IMG/VR virus record: IMGVR_UViG_3300031867_000001
Coordinates: 32,001 to 96,000 of that record
Source: a virus
Taxonomy: Duplodnaviria; Caudoviricetes
Strand: one strand, 5' to 3'
DNA length: 64,000 bases
Part shown: in pieces, positions 35,749 through 46,848 of the stretch
How positions within the stretch are numbered: position 1 is the first letter of the stretch
How the letters are laid out: every line of letters starts with the position of its first letter
Program-made: the position numbers and the translations under genes
The notes under the pieces: model-generated
Seen by the model: the letters and a program-made list of their open reading frames with translations, nothing else
Database searches by the model: none
What the model was told of the DNA's origin: nothing

Positions 35749-37080
35749 TTAACCAAGTTCCGCCAGAGCTTGGTTGATATCAAATGGTTTGATTGTACCC
35801 GCGACATCTAATGCTGGTGAGATGTACTTCTCAAGCTCTTCTTTCGCAACTGTTAAGAATGCTTTTGCAGTTTCAGGATTCTTTGCAAAGTCTTCGTATA
35901 TTTTCTTCCACGTAAACTTCTCGGAGATCTCTTCACCCTTTTCGTTAAGCACCTTGAAACCTGCCTTGTTACCCTTGAGACGACCCTTACTGTTCAACAA
36001 CAGTACGAGTGTTCGAATATTGTCAACACCATTCTTAGTCTTGTCAATAACGATTCTGAAACCAAGTCCGGTTTTATTATTACCAGACTGATTGGTGGAA
36101 AGTTTCGTGGGCTCATACAAAATTGTATTCCCATTGAAACCGTCTTGAGCTTCATAATAACGCGAGTCTTCTTTGATTTCACCTGTAAATGACATAACAG
36201 AAGAAGCATTATATTCAACTGATTTACCACCGCTGATCTTAATATCGTGGGATCCATATTGGAATTGCTTCTTCGGTCCAGAGAATGCATTCATTGCAAC
36301 ATTTGCATTCTCATGTGCGATTGTGATAAAGATGATATTAGCTTCTTTCAACATTGGAAGAATGTCGCATAATACACCTTTAAGTGTTTTAGCATTCTGC
36401 ATACCATCTGTATTGGAACGCATTTCCTTTTGTTTATCCCATTCTTTTGCATCACGAATCTCATATTCCTTTGAGATTACATCACTCAAGGAATCAAGGA
36501 ATAGAATCGTTGGTGGCATCAGCTTGATCGGTTCATTGTTACAATCAACAACACCTGTATCCTTTAACAGAATATCTTTATAACGCATCTTGTTCTCGTA
36601 GATTTCTGTTACGATTGTTTGTAATGTATCATAACCAATCGCACCACTCCTCAAAGCATAACGTGGAGAATCACCATTGAACCAATTGTCAGGTAATCCA
36701 GTCATATTCTTAAGACGCTGAATGACAAGTCTGTTTTCAGCATCAAGATGAATGACATTACCACCATTTGCAGATGCGATATTTGCAGCCATAATCATTG
36801 CAATTGTTGTTTTGAAAGACTGTGTTGGTCCAGTCACAACATTGAATGTACCGGCTTGAATACCAAGACACAACCGTTTGCCAATCAACTTACCATCTTT
36901 GTCTTTGATATTGACTTCATATCCAAGTGAATAGTCGATTACAGAAATACCTGTAGGATATGAATAATCAACAAGTGTATTTTTTGAAAATACAGAAGAC
37001 TGACCATTGTTCGACAGAATCGTCATTAAGTCAGCATCTTTCATTTCTTCATTCAAAACTGATTGTTTCTTATTAGCCAT
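35749..37080 (-). CDS. RecA/UvsX-like recombinase
   Basis: GPTQSFKT Walker A, IHLDAE, LFLDSL, SGGKSVEY. Confidence 0.8.
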   Translation of the reverse strand: MANKKQSVLNEEMKDADLMTILSNNGQSSVFSKNTLVDYSYPTGISVIDYSLGYEVNIKDKDGKLIGKRLCLGIQAGTFNVVTGPTQSFKTTIAMIMAANIASANGGNVIHLDAENRLVIQRLKNMTGLPDNWFNGDSPRYALRSGAIGYDTLQTIVTEIYENKMRYKDILLKDTGVVDCNNEPIKLMPPTILFLDSLSDVISKEYEIRDAKEWDKQKEMRSNTDGMQNAKTLKGVLCDILPMLKEANIIFITIAHENANVAMNAFSGPKKQFQYGSHDIKISGGKSVEYNASSVMSFTGEIKEDSRYYEAQDGFNGNTILYEPTKLSTNQSGNNKTGLGFRIVIDKTKNGVDNIRTLVLLLNSKGRLKGNKAGFKVLNEKGEEISEKFTWKKIYEDFAKNPETAKAFLTVAKEELEKYISPALDVAGTIKPFDINQALAELG

Positions 37081-37140
37081 TGTAATATACCTCTCCTTTA
37101 TGAAAATATTATTGGGTGTCCCATTTGAATCATATACATA

Positions 37141-37956
37141 TCAACTTTCATAAAGTTCTTTCAGCATTACTTCACGATTACGTTTAATTGCGTTACCAAG
37201 TCCGCAACTCATCTTACCCTCAGGACACTTGCCATTGATACAAGATGGTCCAGCATGTTTGAACAATGTTGGTGATACTTCCATACACTGTTTCCACATC
37301 TCCCATGCAACAGCACGAATCTCCCACTGTGCACGGTTGCACATACGATGTTTGAAGAAGTTATATAATGAACGAATATTCATTGTAACAAAGATCTTGG
37401 TTTCACATGCATTGGGCAATACATAACGTGCATCTTCATTTGCACTCTTCTTTGCTTTATTACGTAACTCCTTCTTGGTATTTTCAGAAATCATTGGTGT
37501 ACCATCTGGATTTGTTGTATATGTATCAATGTAATGATGATAATGCTTCATGGTTAAAGCATTCACCAACTTATCATATTCTTTTTGAACATTCGCCATG
37601 AATTCATCATACTCACTCTTCAATTCAGCATCTCCATAAATTGCGGGTGGAATGATGTAATTGAATTGTTCCATATTGACATATCTCTGGGACTGCTGTG
37701 AATATGATGCGATTCTGTGACGGACTAACTGGTGACTACAGCTACGTGAGATTCCTTCAATGGCGAATGTGAATGAAACATGTTCAACTGGGGACTCATG
37801 TCCAATCTCCATTAACATTTCCAAAAAAGAATGAATCTTTTCATCTGTTAAAGATTCTTGTAAGTCATCAATAGATGATGCGGAATAACATAACTTTGCC
37901 GCAGTTGCAATCACCTTTTCCGGTTCAGGTGTATGTGTAATTAGTTTAACCTTCAT
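37141..37956 (-). CDS. thyX: FAD-dependent thymidylate synthase
   Basis: [38 protein letters not shown]. Confidence 0.95.
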   Translation of the reverse strand: MKVKLITHTPEPEKVIATAAKLCYSASSIDDLQESLTDEKIHSFLEMLMEIGHESPVEHVSFTFAIEGISRSCSHQLVRHRIASYSQQSQRYVNMEQFNYIIPPAIYGDAELKSEYDEFMANVQKEYDKLVNALTMKHYHHYIDTYTTNPDGTPMISENTKKELRNKAKKSANEDARYVLPNACETKIFVTMNIRSLYNFFKHRMCNRAQWEIRAVAWEMWKQCMEVSPTLFKHAGPSCINGKCPEGKMSCGLGNAIKRNREVMLKELYES

Positions 37957-38473
37957 TTGTGTGATCCTCCTTGTCGGTATCATCAGTTCTCATAATATCT
38001 TCCAATTCAGTTGTTAATGGTGTATGACCATCACTGATGGTGTATGGAGATGTTGAATCTGTATTAACCGTTATGAATGCATGTGGATATCCATTAATCT
38101 CATCCAGTATGTGTTTTGTTTCTTTCACAACACCAGTTGCTTGTTTACACTTTTCAGTCTCTGAATACAATGCAGTTGTGAATGATATGGGATTACACTT
38201 ATCAGCAGATATTACACAATCATCAAATGTGATTGTCAATGGACCAGTGATTGTAAGTTTGCCGTCTAAATAGTCTTGTACACGAACCGAGTGTTTAAAT
38301 CCATCATATCTTCGGAAAATAGCATTACCAGTTACTCGATCTATTTCAATAAACAATTCATATGACGGTTCATCGATATCTTCATATTGAAGCTTATACG
38401 GATAACCCGTCTTGAATAAAGACTCATCAAACACGTATGTTTGTTTTACAAAAAATTTATCCACGAGAAACAC
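37946..38473 (-). CDS. Hypothetical protein
   Basis: GTG start with AAAGGA RBS-like sequence, 175 aa. Confidence 0.6.
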   Translation of the reverse strand: MFLVDKFFVKQTYVFDESLFKTGYPYKLQYEDIDEPSYELFIEIDRVTGNAIFRRYDGFKHSVRVQDYLDGKLTITGPLTITFDDCVISADKCNPISFTTALYSETEKCKQATGVVKETKHILDEINGYPHAFITVNTDSTSPYTISDGHTPLTTELEDIMRTDDTDKEDHTNEG

Positions 38474-38558
38474 TCCTTTTATATGAAAAATGTATCAGAT
38501 TGTTTTGATGGTTTGATGATATATGCGGTCGGGGGATAATCCCCCGACCACGCTATTA

Positions 38559-38837
38559 TCATTTCTCTTTCTTTTGTACAATGTTCTTCAGCGTGACATA
38601 TTCGTCATACCGAAGATCATAGAAACTCATGGTTGTGTCATTGGTAAATTGCAAATCAATTGCATAATAGATTCTCGAGGTATTCACATCAAGAATCACA
38701 ATTGGTCTTTTTGCATTTTCAACATTTGTAGCAATGACAGATAGTACGATGGCGAACCCAATCAGAAGTGCAATACAAATGCCGTATATCTCTGATGGTG
38801 TTAATATACACCATTTTTGTTTTAATTTCATTACCAA
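38559..38837 (-). CDS. Small membrane protein
   Basis: Single TM segment IYGICIALLIGFAIVLSVIA. Confidence 0.6.
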   Translation of the reverse strand: MVMKLKQKWCILTPSEIYGICIALLIGFAIVLSVIATNVENAKRPIVILDVNTSRIYYAIDLQFTNDTTMSFYDLRYDEYVTLKNIVQKKEK

Positions 38838-38846
38838 TATCCCCTC

Positions 38847-39278
38847 TTAATTATCTAAATGATACTGTACTATGTTTACTCCATACAGTTCAACAATATC
38901 TTGTATGATCAATGCAGCTGGTACTGCGAACATTCGATCTGTTGCAACATCATAAAACAGGAAGATCTCATTGTCGACGATTTTGGCTAATACATAAGTA
39001 CCGTCCATCTTATCAACGCCCCAATACCGTTTTCTATTTTGATATTGTATTGGGATTAAACTTTTGATATGAAACTTATCACCGACGTCAGAAATCTCCA
39101 ATTTAACATTGATCATACCGGATTTGAACATATCATCTGCATAATACGTTCTGCCCCACATTTCAAACGATTTGTTTACCATTCCTTTTCCTCTTCTCAA
39201 TAACTTACTTGTCAGACGAAACATCATTTGACAACTCTTCGATTTGTTGACGAATGTGTTCACGCATCTTTTCGTCAT
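38847..39278 (-). CDS. Hypothetical protein (true start may be 39182)
   Basis: ORF within operon. Confidence 0.55.
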   Translation of the reverse strand: MTKRCVNTFVNKSKSCQMMFRLTSKLLRRGKGMVNKSFEMWGRTYYADDMFKSGMINVKLEISDVGDKFHIKSLIPIQYQNRKRYWGVDKMDGTYVLAKIVDNEIFLFYDVATDRMFAVPAALIIQDIVELYGVNIVQYHLDN

Positions 39279-39376
39279 AGACTACCTTGCCGGTTTCAAC
39301 GGCACGTTCAAACTCTTTGATGTAACCGTCTTTGTCATTTGGATGGGGATCATACATAATTAACACCTTCTTTTCA

Positions 39377-39658
39377 TTATACTTTGAATTTGATATTGTG
39401 TGTATTCACAAATTGAACATCCGTTTTGTGTTCAAAACGATAACATTCCGAACCAACCAAATCCGGTGTCAATTTGATTTTACAATACAATCCGTCTTCA
39501 TCGGATGGAACTGCAAATACCAAAGACTTATTGTATTTTTGATATAATACAGCATTGTCGATATTCTCATTGGTGGATGTGATTCGATACGTCCATCCAA
39601 TGTTGAAATAACTTCTGTCGAATATCAATCCGGAAAACTTTGTGTCACGATGCATCAT
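39377..39658 (-). CDS. Hypothetical protein
   Basis: RBS GAGGT. Confidence 0.55.
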   Translation of the reverse strand: MMHRDTKFSGLIFDRSYFNIGWTYRITSTNENIDNAVLYQKYNKSLVFAVPSDEDGLYCKIKLTPDLVGSECYRFEHKTDVQFVNTHNIKFKV

Positions 39659-39832
39659 TATTACATACCTCCTATAATATCAGCAATTACGATGATTACT
39701 CCAAGAACAATCAGTATCTTCGGAATCAAACCAACAATGGCATTTGCTCGTTCTTTTAATAATCGATCTTCTTCTCTGTCATACTTCTCATTGAATGATT
39801 CGTCATTTTTGTCCATTTATAATTCCTCCTCA

Positions 39833-40909
39833 TTATTTTTCATCATGTTTGATTTTTGCTTCATATGAATGTATTTCTTCTGATAAATCAACTTTGTATT
39901 TTTGATTGATGAAATCGATCAAACCAACAATTGGTTCTGTCACAGTTGCTTGTTGATCTGTTGTTTCATCAACCGTTGGCAATGTTACATCGGTTATATT
40001 CTCCAATGGAGTAACTTTGAACTTTACATTCTCATTTTGTTTTGCAATATCCATAATTGCATGATACGTCATTAAATCCGGTATGTCTGTTGGATTAATA
40101 ACGAATCGATGTGGTGTTGTAATGTCATTGGATAAAGCATCACGTAATTCTTCTGGATCGTGAATCTCAATTGTCTTAAACTCTTTCGCAACTGGATTCT
40201 TTACTTTGATCAAGTTGAAATTATCATCACACATCACGATGTACTTTGTTTCATCTTCACCATATCGGAATCGTAACATTGATCCAGCGTAATACACACC
40301 ATTCCCAAAATCGGTGTATTCATGATAATGTCCAAATACACACAATTTGGAAATGCTGCTTAATGTTTCAACCGAATGCATGATTTCTGTTCCATGTGAT
40401 GTTACAACATTCTTTGTTTGAGACGACATTGGTCCATGTCCACATATCAAATCATATGTCTCATTGAATGCTTCTGTATAATCAACATCACCATATTCTT
40501 GTGGTAAATATAGTAGACGTTTACCAGATGGAAGTGTTATCTGAATCCAGTTCTTGAAATACAGAATACGTTCATCATATACATCGGATTTGTTTGTGAA
40601 ATTTGCAAAGATGTTGAATTGATTTCGATCATGTGAATATGTTCCTTCAATGATATGTACAGGAACATGTGTTCCATTCACACCACATCCATTGTAGTAT
40701 AACTTTAATATGAATGAAGATGCAAATGTCATTTCATACACATTCAATGCATGATCAAATAAATCACCACATACAACAATCAATTCACATGTTTCATTAT
40801 GAATGATTGCTTGCTTCTTAAATGTATCAAGTGATACAATCAAAGAGTTATAGAAATCTTCATTTGGTAGTTTCACTCCAAGATGTACATCCGCTAAGAA
40901 TAATATCAT
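39833..40909 (-). CDS. SbcD/Mre11-like metallophosphoesterase nuclease
   Basis: ADVHLG, GDLFDH, EGTYSHD, FGHYH, YYAGS. Confidence 0.85.
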   Translation of the reverse strand: MILFLADVHLGVKLPNEDFYNSLIVSLDTFKKQAIIHNETCELIVVCGDLFDHALNVYEMTFASSFILKLYYNGCGVNGTHVPVHIIEGTYSHDRNQFNIFANFTNKSDVYDERILYFKNWIQITLPSGKRLLYLPQEYGDVDYTEAFNETYDLICGHGPMSSQTKNVVTSHGTEIMHSVETLSSISKLCVFGHYHEYTDFGNGVYYAGSMLRFRYGEDETKYIVMCDDNFNLIKVKNPVAKEFKTIEIHDPEELRDALSNDITTPHRFVINPTDIPDLMTYHAIMDIAKQNENVKFKVTPLENITDVTLPTVDETTDQQATVTEPIVGLIDFINQKYKVDLSEEIHSYEAKIKHDEK

Positions 40910-40986
40910 ATAAAATACCTCCCTTCATATAACATTGTCACTATAATAATTGTATTATAACGGGGCTATACGCCCCGTTATATACG

Positions 40987-41709
40987 TTATTCGTCATCGT
41001 GATACGGATCGTCAATATACATTGATGGTTCTTGATATTGTTGATGGAATATGTCATCGATTGATTGTTCACCAAAATGTTGTTGATCAATCTTGATGAT
41101 TTTTGCATAACGTGGCTGTGCCAACATACATGTTTTCAAATTAACCGGTGTTTTACGACCACCCAACCATCCAATATCAATTTGATTTGTATATGGAATA
41201 ATGTACGTGTGATATCCATGTAAGTGTGCATGAATATTCAAGTCATATTTATTCTCAACAGGAACGTGTGTAAATATAATATGATTCCAAACAAATGAAT
41301 CCACGATATATCGGAATCCACATTCTTTGTAGAATGAATCTGGGAATAAATCATTATTACCACGAACCATGATCATTTTCTTACCAAAGTTCTGAATCAC
41401 TGCTTTCAATTCATCTTTATTTTGGAATTCTCCATCGACTAAATCCCCCATAAAGATGAATAAGTCTTCTGGTCCAATTCCATTCTTAAAGCTGTTGATA
41501 ACTGTAGTGAAATCAGAACGCTTATGACATTCAGGTTTATTCTTTTCATTTCTTAACCATAAATGCCAGTCGCATCCAAGCAGGACTTTGTGTCCTGCTT
41601 GAAGCGTATTATTAATCAACCGACTGATGTCGGTCGAGTGCTCTTTATCTGGATCTTTTAACTTCTCCATCAAGTTGTCTTCTTTACGACGTTGCTGATT
41701 GATGTTCAT
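40987..41709 (-). CDS. Calcineurin-like metallophosphoesterase
   Basis: CDWH, MGDLVD, RGNND, THVP, HAHLH. Confidence 0.8.
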   Translation of the reverse strand: MNINQQRRKEDNLMEKLKDPDKEHSTDISRLINNTLQAGHKVLLGCDWHLWLRNEKNKPECHKRSDFTTVINSFKNGIGPEDLFIFMGDLVDGEFQNKDELKAVIQNFGKKMIMVRGNNDLFPDSFYKECGFRYIVDSFVWNHIIFTHVPVENKYDLNIHAHLHGYHTYIIPYTNQIDIGWLGGRKTPVNLKTCMLAQPRYAKIIKIDQQHFGEQSIDDIFHQQYQEPSMYIDDPYHDDE

Positions 41710-42127
41710 GTAGATTCATCCTCTCTTTGATTTGTCGGTTTAATCCATTGTCAATGAATTCCCCATTTTCAACCAGAGAGAAATACTTAAACAGCTTAGA
41801 GTTGATGCGGACTTTGCAAACAACAAATCCATCATCATTCTTCATTAACTGAATATCGATCATGCTGATGATATCATGATAAGCCGCGATCACAGCCTTG
41901 TACAACACATTGAACAATGCATTGTGGAATTCGTCGATGCGGTCTTCATCGATTGGAAGTACATCGGGTGTGAAACCGCACTGATAGAAGTCACTGACAT
42001 GACACTGGATGATATGCTTTTGGTCGTCCTTCAATAACACATTCAGTGCCAAGCCATTATACTTCTTCTCAACATCATACGTTGCTCGTGCAACATTGTC
42101 AATATAAACTATTGCTAATTTATTCAT
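41684..42127 (-). CDS. Hypothetical protein
   Basis: 147 aa ORF within operon. Confidence 0.65.
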   Translation of the reverse strand: MNKLAIVYIDNVARATYDVEKKYNGLALNVLLKDDQKHIIQCHVSDFYQCGFTPDVLPIDEDRIDEFHNALFNVLYKAVIAAYHDIISMIDIQLMKNDDGFVVCKVRINSKLFKYFSLVENGEFIDNGLNRQIKERMNLHEHQSATS

Positions 42128-42169
42128 AATACTTCTCCATTCTTTTTATGATGTATAAACAGTGCCCCA

Positions 42170-44053
42170 TTACAGGGCACCGTTCATAACATCATCGATT
42201 GTGTATATCGGTTTTCCTAAGTTCTGTGCTTTTGCAACTTTGGAAGACTGATATGTGATCTGAGGAATTACCAGTGCTTTCACACCTTTATTCCATGCTT
42301 CTGTTACGTCATAACCCTTCTGCTGTAATAAATTGATTAAGTCTTTATCCCGTGTTCCAGAAATACAGATTGTCCCTTTATCATTCTGCATTGCAACTGG
42401 GATTTCGAATTTGACATAATTGATGATTGTGGATATATCGTCCCAATATCGTGTAATACCAATCCGGATTGCTTGTTCTGTCAGTGGTCCAATACCAACT
42501 GTATCCCACAGAATCTTATTCAAGAAATCATCCGGTGTATCCCGCATACACATTTCGGTTATATCCTTAATCATTTCTGGATTGTTCTTACCATAAACCG
42601 AATCAAGAATAATCTCCCATTTCTTATTGGATACATTTTCACATGGGAATGATCCAAGCCATCTGGATACGGGAACATTGAATGATGATTGTTTCAATGA
42701 ACGAATCATGTTCTGTAATGATCTGAATCCAAATCCATCCACTTCGGCAGCTTCCATCAAATCCATTACATATAGATCAGAGATTTGTCTGATATATCCA
42801 GACTCATACAGTCGCTTTATGAATCCTTCCGAAACACCAAACACTTTCATGTTCTTACAATACCGGATGATGTTACCACATTTCACACCATCACAATTTG
42901 GATTGACACACTTAACTTGCTTCAACGAAGACATGTTAAGCTTCTCTCCACAGATTGGGCATTTGTCTGGGATTGGAATTGGTAATGTTCCATCGCCATT
43001 GGAACCAATGAAGTATGGCACGATGTTGTACATAATACGAACCGTATCTCCAAACTTCAAGTTCATATTGGCAACTCTTTCGAATGTCGACAATCCGACA
43101 TTTTGAACGATGACATTTCCGAATACAACTGGTTCAACAATTGCAACTGGAGTGATATGACCGGAATTACCGAATTGCCAACTGATATCTTTCAGCTTCG
43201 TTTCTTGTACGAGATTCAGTATCTTGATAGCAACTTCATTGGATGGATCTGTTACGACATCTTCATCTTCCTCATCAATGTGTATGGTGGAAGATACAAC
43301 AACTCCATCACATTCAAATTCATATTTCCCAACATTAACGTGAGCTTGATTGGATAATAATCTATCAACGAATGCTTGAATACATTCATAGTCATTCTTC
43401 TGATAAACAACAGATACATCCATCAACATATCCGGAATATGTTGAAACTTCCAAGTGTACACACGTAATGGAACTAATGTAATCAAATTACCAACCTCGG
43501 CATTACGTGATGTAATTGTTGCAGCAACAACATCTCTCGGTCGTTTGTACTTGTGTGAGAATTGTGATTTGAATATGTTGATATCCAAGATTGCTTCAAA
43601 CTTCACGGCAGTTACATCATCATACCACTTTACTATCCAATCATGGATCGTATTGATATGAGACTTGAATACATCTGTTACATCAACAGATTCTCCATTG
43701 TCATAATCACCCCTTGTGAAGAATCTACCGGATGCAACATCATATGCAACAGACGTTCCATCGAACTTTGGTTGAACGCATACCAAATCACTGACTTGAT
43801 GTTTGTTAACCCATTCTTCATATACTGGCTGATTCTCGCGCATTGGTGTTCGTACGCCATAGACTTTTGGAAGTGTTCCGACAACGTCATTCACAGCATC
43901 GGATTGTTTTTGACGTGTAAATGGTCTGGCGGATTCGCCATGTTCTTTGATATACTCTTCCAACAACTTGTCATATTCAGAGTCTTCGATCAAGGGGGTG
44001 CCATGTGAATATGCCTCGATATATTTGTCAAGCTCTTCTTTTGTGATACTCAT
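42170..44053 (-). CDS. ligA: NAD-dependent DNA ligase
   Basis: DSEYD, PKFDG, DGVV, G.SG.ITP, CPICG zinc finger, BRCT-like tail. Confidence 0.92.
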   Translation of the reverse strand: MSITKEELDKYIEAYSHGTPLIEDSEYDKLLEEYIKEHGESARPFTRQKQSDAVNDVVGTLPKVYGVRTPMRENQPVYEEWVNKHQVSDLVCVQPKFDGTSVAYDVASGRFFTRGDYDNGESVDVTDVFKSHINTIHDWIVKWYDDVTAVKFEAILDINIFKSQFSHKYKRPRDVVAATITSRNAEVGNLITLVPLRVYTWKFQHIPDMLMDVSVVYQKNDYECIQAFVDRLLSNQAHVNVGKYEFECDGVVVSSTIHIDEEDEDVVTDPSNEVAIKILNLVQETKLKDISWQFGNSGHITPVAIVEPVVFGNVIVQNVGLSTFERVANMNLKFGDTVRIMYNIVPYFIGSNGDGTLPIPIPDKCPICGEKLNMSSLKQVKCVNPNCDGVKCGNIIRYCKNMKVFGVSEGFIKRLYESGYIRQISDLYVMDLMEAAEVDGFGFRSLQNMIRSLKQSSFNVPVSRWLGSFPCENVSNKKWEIILDSVYGKNNPEMIKDITEMCMRDTPDDFLNKILWDTVGIGPLTEQAIRIGITRYWDDISTIINYVKFEIPVAMQNDKGTICISGTRDKDLINLLQQKGYDVTEAWNKGVKALVIPQITYQSSKVAKAQNLGKPIYTIDDVMNGAL

Positions 44054-44388
44054 GACTCATCACCTGTTTCCTCTTTCGCGACAAACGTATCGGTTTCACG
44101 GATCTGACGATAAAAGCATGCATAATGCTCTTCACGTTCTTTGGCATATTGATGAATCTTGAACGCTCCAGAGTTCATCGTGTTCTTGTTGTGATTGTGG
44201 TCCCAGAATACGCCCATTCTTGAAGATGTATACGAACGATGATCAACCCCTGTTTTCAGTGAGATGATCTTGAACAATGCATCTTTCAGAATTGTCGGAT
44301 CTGAGGCTTTGATGATTTTAATGTCCATATCCACGAGTTGGTTTCCTTTGAAGTGTGACAATGATACTGCATACTTCATAAGAATCAC
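44050..44388 (-). CDS. Hypothetical protein
   Basis: Overlaps ligase start. Confidence 0.6.
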   Translation of the reverse strand: MILMKYAVSLSHFKGNQLVDMDIKIIKASDPTILKDALFKIISLKTGVDHRSYTSSRMGVFWDHNHNKNTMNSGAFKIHQYAKEREEHYACFYRQIRETDTFVAKEETGDES

Positions 44389-44715
44389 ATCCTTTCTTGT
44401 AGTATAATGAATCGTAAATGATTACTCGTTGAATAATTCTTCTAACATCAAATTCGCATCTTCAACAACCGCCATTGACTCTGCGAATAAATAGAACTCT
44501 TCTAACGATTCACAACCCCATTCATCCATAAGTTGGGGAACACTTGTAATCATCATGTTTTCCATATTAACACCTCATTTCTGTTTAATGCCATGACGTT
44601 AACAAGTCAGCCAGAATCTCGGCTAAACTACTTCCACTGTCCTCGTTATCGTCATTGTCATTGTCGAATAATACAAACTCTTCCATTTCTTTTCCTCCTG
44701 ATGAACTTTATAAAT

Positions 44716-44917
44716 AACCATTTTGAACATTGTGATGAGTTGGTTTGTTGTGGACGTGTGGAAGTTGCTACCTTCCACATTTATTATTTTTTAATTATCC
44801 ACGATTATTCGCAGATGATGCTACCAGTTGTGTCTGGAATATAAACTTCTTGCATTATGTAACACCTCCTTTGTACGGAGAATTCCACTCCGTATATTTC
44901 ACAATGTTCAATTGGTT
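44716..44917 (-). other. End-paired micropeptide cassette 4
   Basis: TTGAACATTGTGA pairs with TCACAATGTTCAA; same ACGGAGTGGAATTCTCCGT hairpin; downstream of promoter motif at 44958-44972. Confidence 0.75.
44805..44855 (-). CDS. Micropeptide MQEVYIPDTTGSIICE
   Basis: RBS AAAGGAGGTG. Confidence 0.7.
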   Translation of the reverse strand: MQEVYIPDTTGSIICE

Positions 44918-44957
44918 TTTGGGTAGTATAAGCGGGGGAATATTCCCCCACTTATAC

Positions 44958-44972
44958 CATATTAATTATATA
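44958..44972 (-). promoter_or_regulatory. Candidate promoter TATATAATTAATATG
   Basis: Exact reverse-strand copy of the motif. Confidence 0.55.
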
Positions 44973-44973
44973 T

Positions 44974-45372
44974 TTATTTGCTGATAAAATTATTATCCTC
45001 GGTTAAACCATTTTTGATCAATTCATTGAGTGTGTCTCGCTGCTTTTGTGTCATTATGTATTCAGGTGGACACATATAACCACGTGTGTATACACATATG
45101 CATTTGGATCGAATGATTAACCATTCAACCCAACCATATACAGAGAACTGTTGTTCCGCTTCATCTTGGACATCCTTCATACACATGTCTGGATTTTGTT
45201 TCAATATCATTTCAACCAATTTCCGTTCATGTGATGGGATTGCATAATGAACAACACCATCTTCATCAATAACAGCTTCCATGTAATTGACAAACGTTTT
45301 CTTATGTCTGTCGATTGAAAATGGTAATGCAAATGTTTCTTCAGGTGTGTAAATAAGCTCAACCTTTTCCAT
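44974..45372 (-). CDS. Hypothetical protein
   Basis: RBS AAAGGAG before MEKVEL; YAIPSH motif. Confidence 0.65.
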   Translation of the reverse strand: MEKVELIYTPEETFALPFSIDRHKKTFVNYMEAVIDEDGVVHYAIPSHERKLVEMILKQNPDMCMKDVQDEAEQQFSVYGWVEWLIIRSKCICVYTRGYMCPPEYIMTQKQRDTLNELIKNGLTEDNNFISK

Positions 45373-45430
45373 TTCAAAAAACTCCTTTATTATGATCATG
45401 GGGGCATATGCCCCCATGACTTTGTATTGT

Positions 45431-46819
45431 TTATTCGGACATTCTACCAGCGCAAATTGCAAACCATTCACGGAGTGACAACTGGAATTCACCAGTAACA
45501 TAGTTGGTCATGCAAGAATACATGAATGGTTTGAAGCATTCATAACCAAACTGATCCAAGAATACATAATCCAACTGATCTCCATCAAAGTCCGCATTCA
45601 TTCCACCAAGCGGTTCAATTGTCAAGGAAACCGTATCATCTGCATCTTCGAACTTATAACGCTTTACTTTTACAAGTGCAATAGATGCAAGATTGTTTGT
45701 TGGTTCACGTAACATCAAGCACCATACACCAGCGTCAACAATCTCATCCAAGATCTTAACGATTCTTTGATCACGTTCATTCTCATCAATGAATCGACAA
45801 CTCTCTTCAAGTGTCCAACCATATCTGACAGACAATGTATGTGCAACTTTGTACTTATAAGCACCAAGCAACATATTATACGGAACTGCAATCTCATTGA
45901 TATTGAGTAATGGATCAAGTGTAATAACACCTCTTGCAGAGAAGTGATACGGACCGCCAACAATCTCGGAACGAATGAAACCGGTCTTCTTACCCATTTC
46001 ATTATCGATCAAATGATTACATGCTTCGAGCCAGTTGTTCTGGATACAATTCAGTGCGGAAATGACTTCTACATCAAGTTGCATGTATCGCAGCTGAAAT
46101 TGCAATGCAACAATCTTGGTTAACCAACGATTGATGGTTGGATAGAATTGAGATTCAGATGTTGTATTAACGGGTCTGAATGCAGTTGAATAAATCGGAA
46201 TATGTGATGTGAATACATCATTCTGGTGTTCCAACAGAATCTTCAAGTCTTCTTGCTTGGGTTTTGGACAACAATCCACCATGATGCTTTCGAAATCGGA
46301 CGCAAATGCATCAAATCCAATTCCCATATACTTGTGCTTGTTCTTGGGGATTTTCTTGATAATGGCATTGATGTCATTTGTCGCAACACGTCCACGTTTC
46401 TTTTGGTTCTGACGAGAATCAAATTCGGTATCTGCATCAGAGTATTTTACATCATGATCCGCCTTATAGTTACCGAGAATGAAATTCAGCATATTATTGC
46501 CGATACATCTTTTGATCAAGAAGTAATAAGATGGAGTGATGACTTTATGTTTGTTCAAATTAACCCAACCTGTATAATTGAAGTTCAAGGAATGCAGCAT
46601 AATTTCCGAACCACAGATTGGACACTTCTGACCAATAATGTCTTGACCAATAAACGCACCACAATCACAACGAAATTCACAATCGGTGAATTTGGACGAA
46701 TTCACCAGTGCTTGTGGATCCACTGGTGAATATGTGTCCTCATTCTCTATCTTAAAACCATTCCGAAGAATCATATCGGAATAGTACTCATGTTCCATGT
46801 TAATTCTCTCAATGATCAT
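45431..46819 (-). CDS. Phage multisubunit RNA polymerase beta'-like subunit (N-terminal part)
   Basis: CEFRCDCG...CPICG zinc motif, FSARGVIT, catalytic NADFDGD. Confidence 0.9.
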   Translation of the reverse strand: MIIERINMEHEYYSDMILRNGFKIENEDTYSPVDPQALVNSSKFTDCEFRCDCGAFIGQDIIGQKCPICGSEIMLHSLNFNYTGWVNLNKHKVITPSYYFLIKRCIGNNMLNFILGNYKADHDVKYSDADTEFDSRQNQKKRGRVATNDINAIIKKIPKNKHKYMGIGFDAFASDFESIMVDCCPKPKQEDLKILLEHQNDVFTSHIPIYSTAFRPVNTTSESQFYPTINRWLTKIVALQFQLRYMQLDVEVISALNCIQNNWLEACNHLIDNEMGKKTGFIRSEIVGGPYHFSARGVITLDPLLNINEIAVPYNMLLGAYKYKVAHTLSVRYGWTLEESCRFIDENERDQRIVKILDEIVDAGVWCLMLREPTNNLASIALVKVKRYKFEDADDTVSLTIEPLGGMNADFDGDQLDYVFLDQFGYECFKPFMYSCMTNYVTGEFQLSLREWFAICAGRMSE

Positions 46820-46848
46820 ATGATCATTCCCCTCCTTCTTTTATACCA

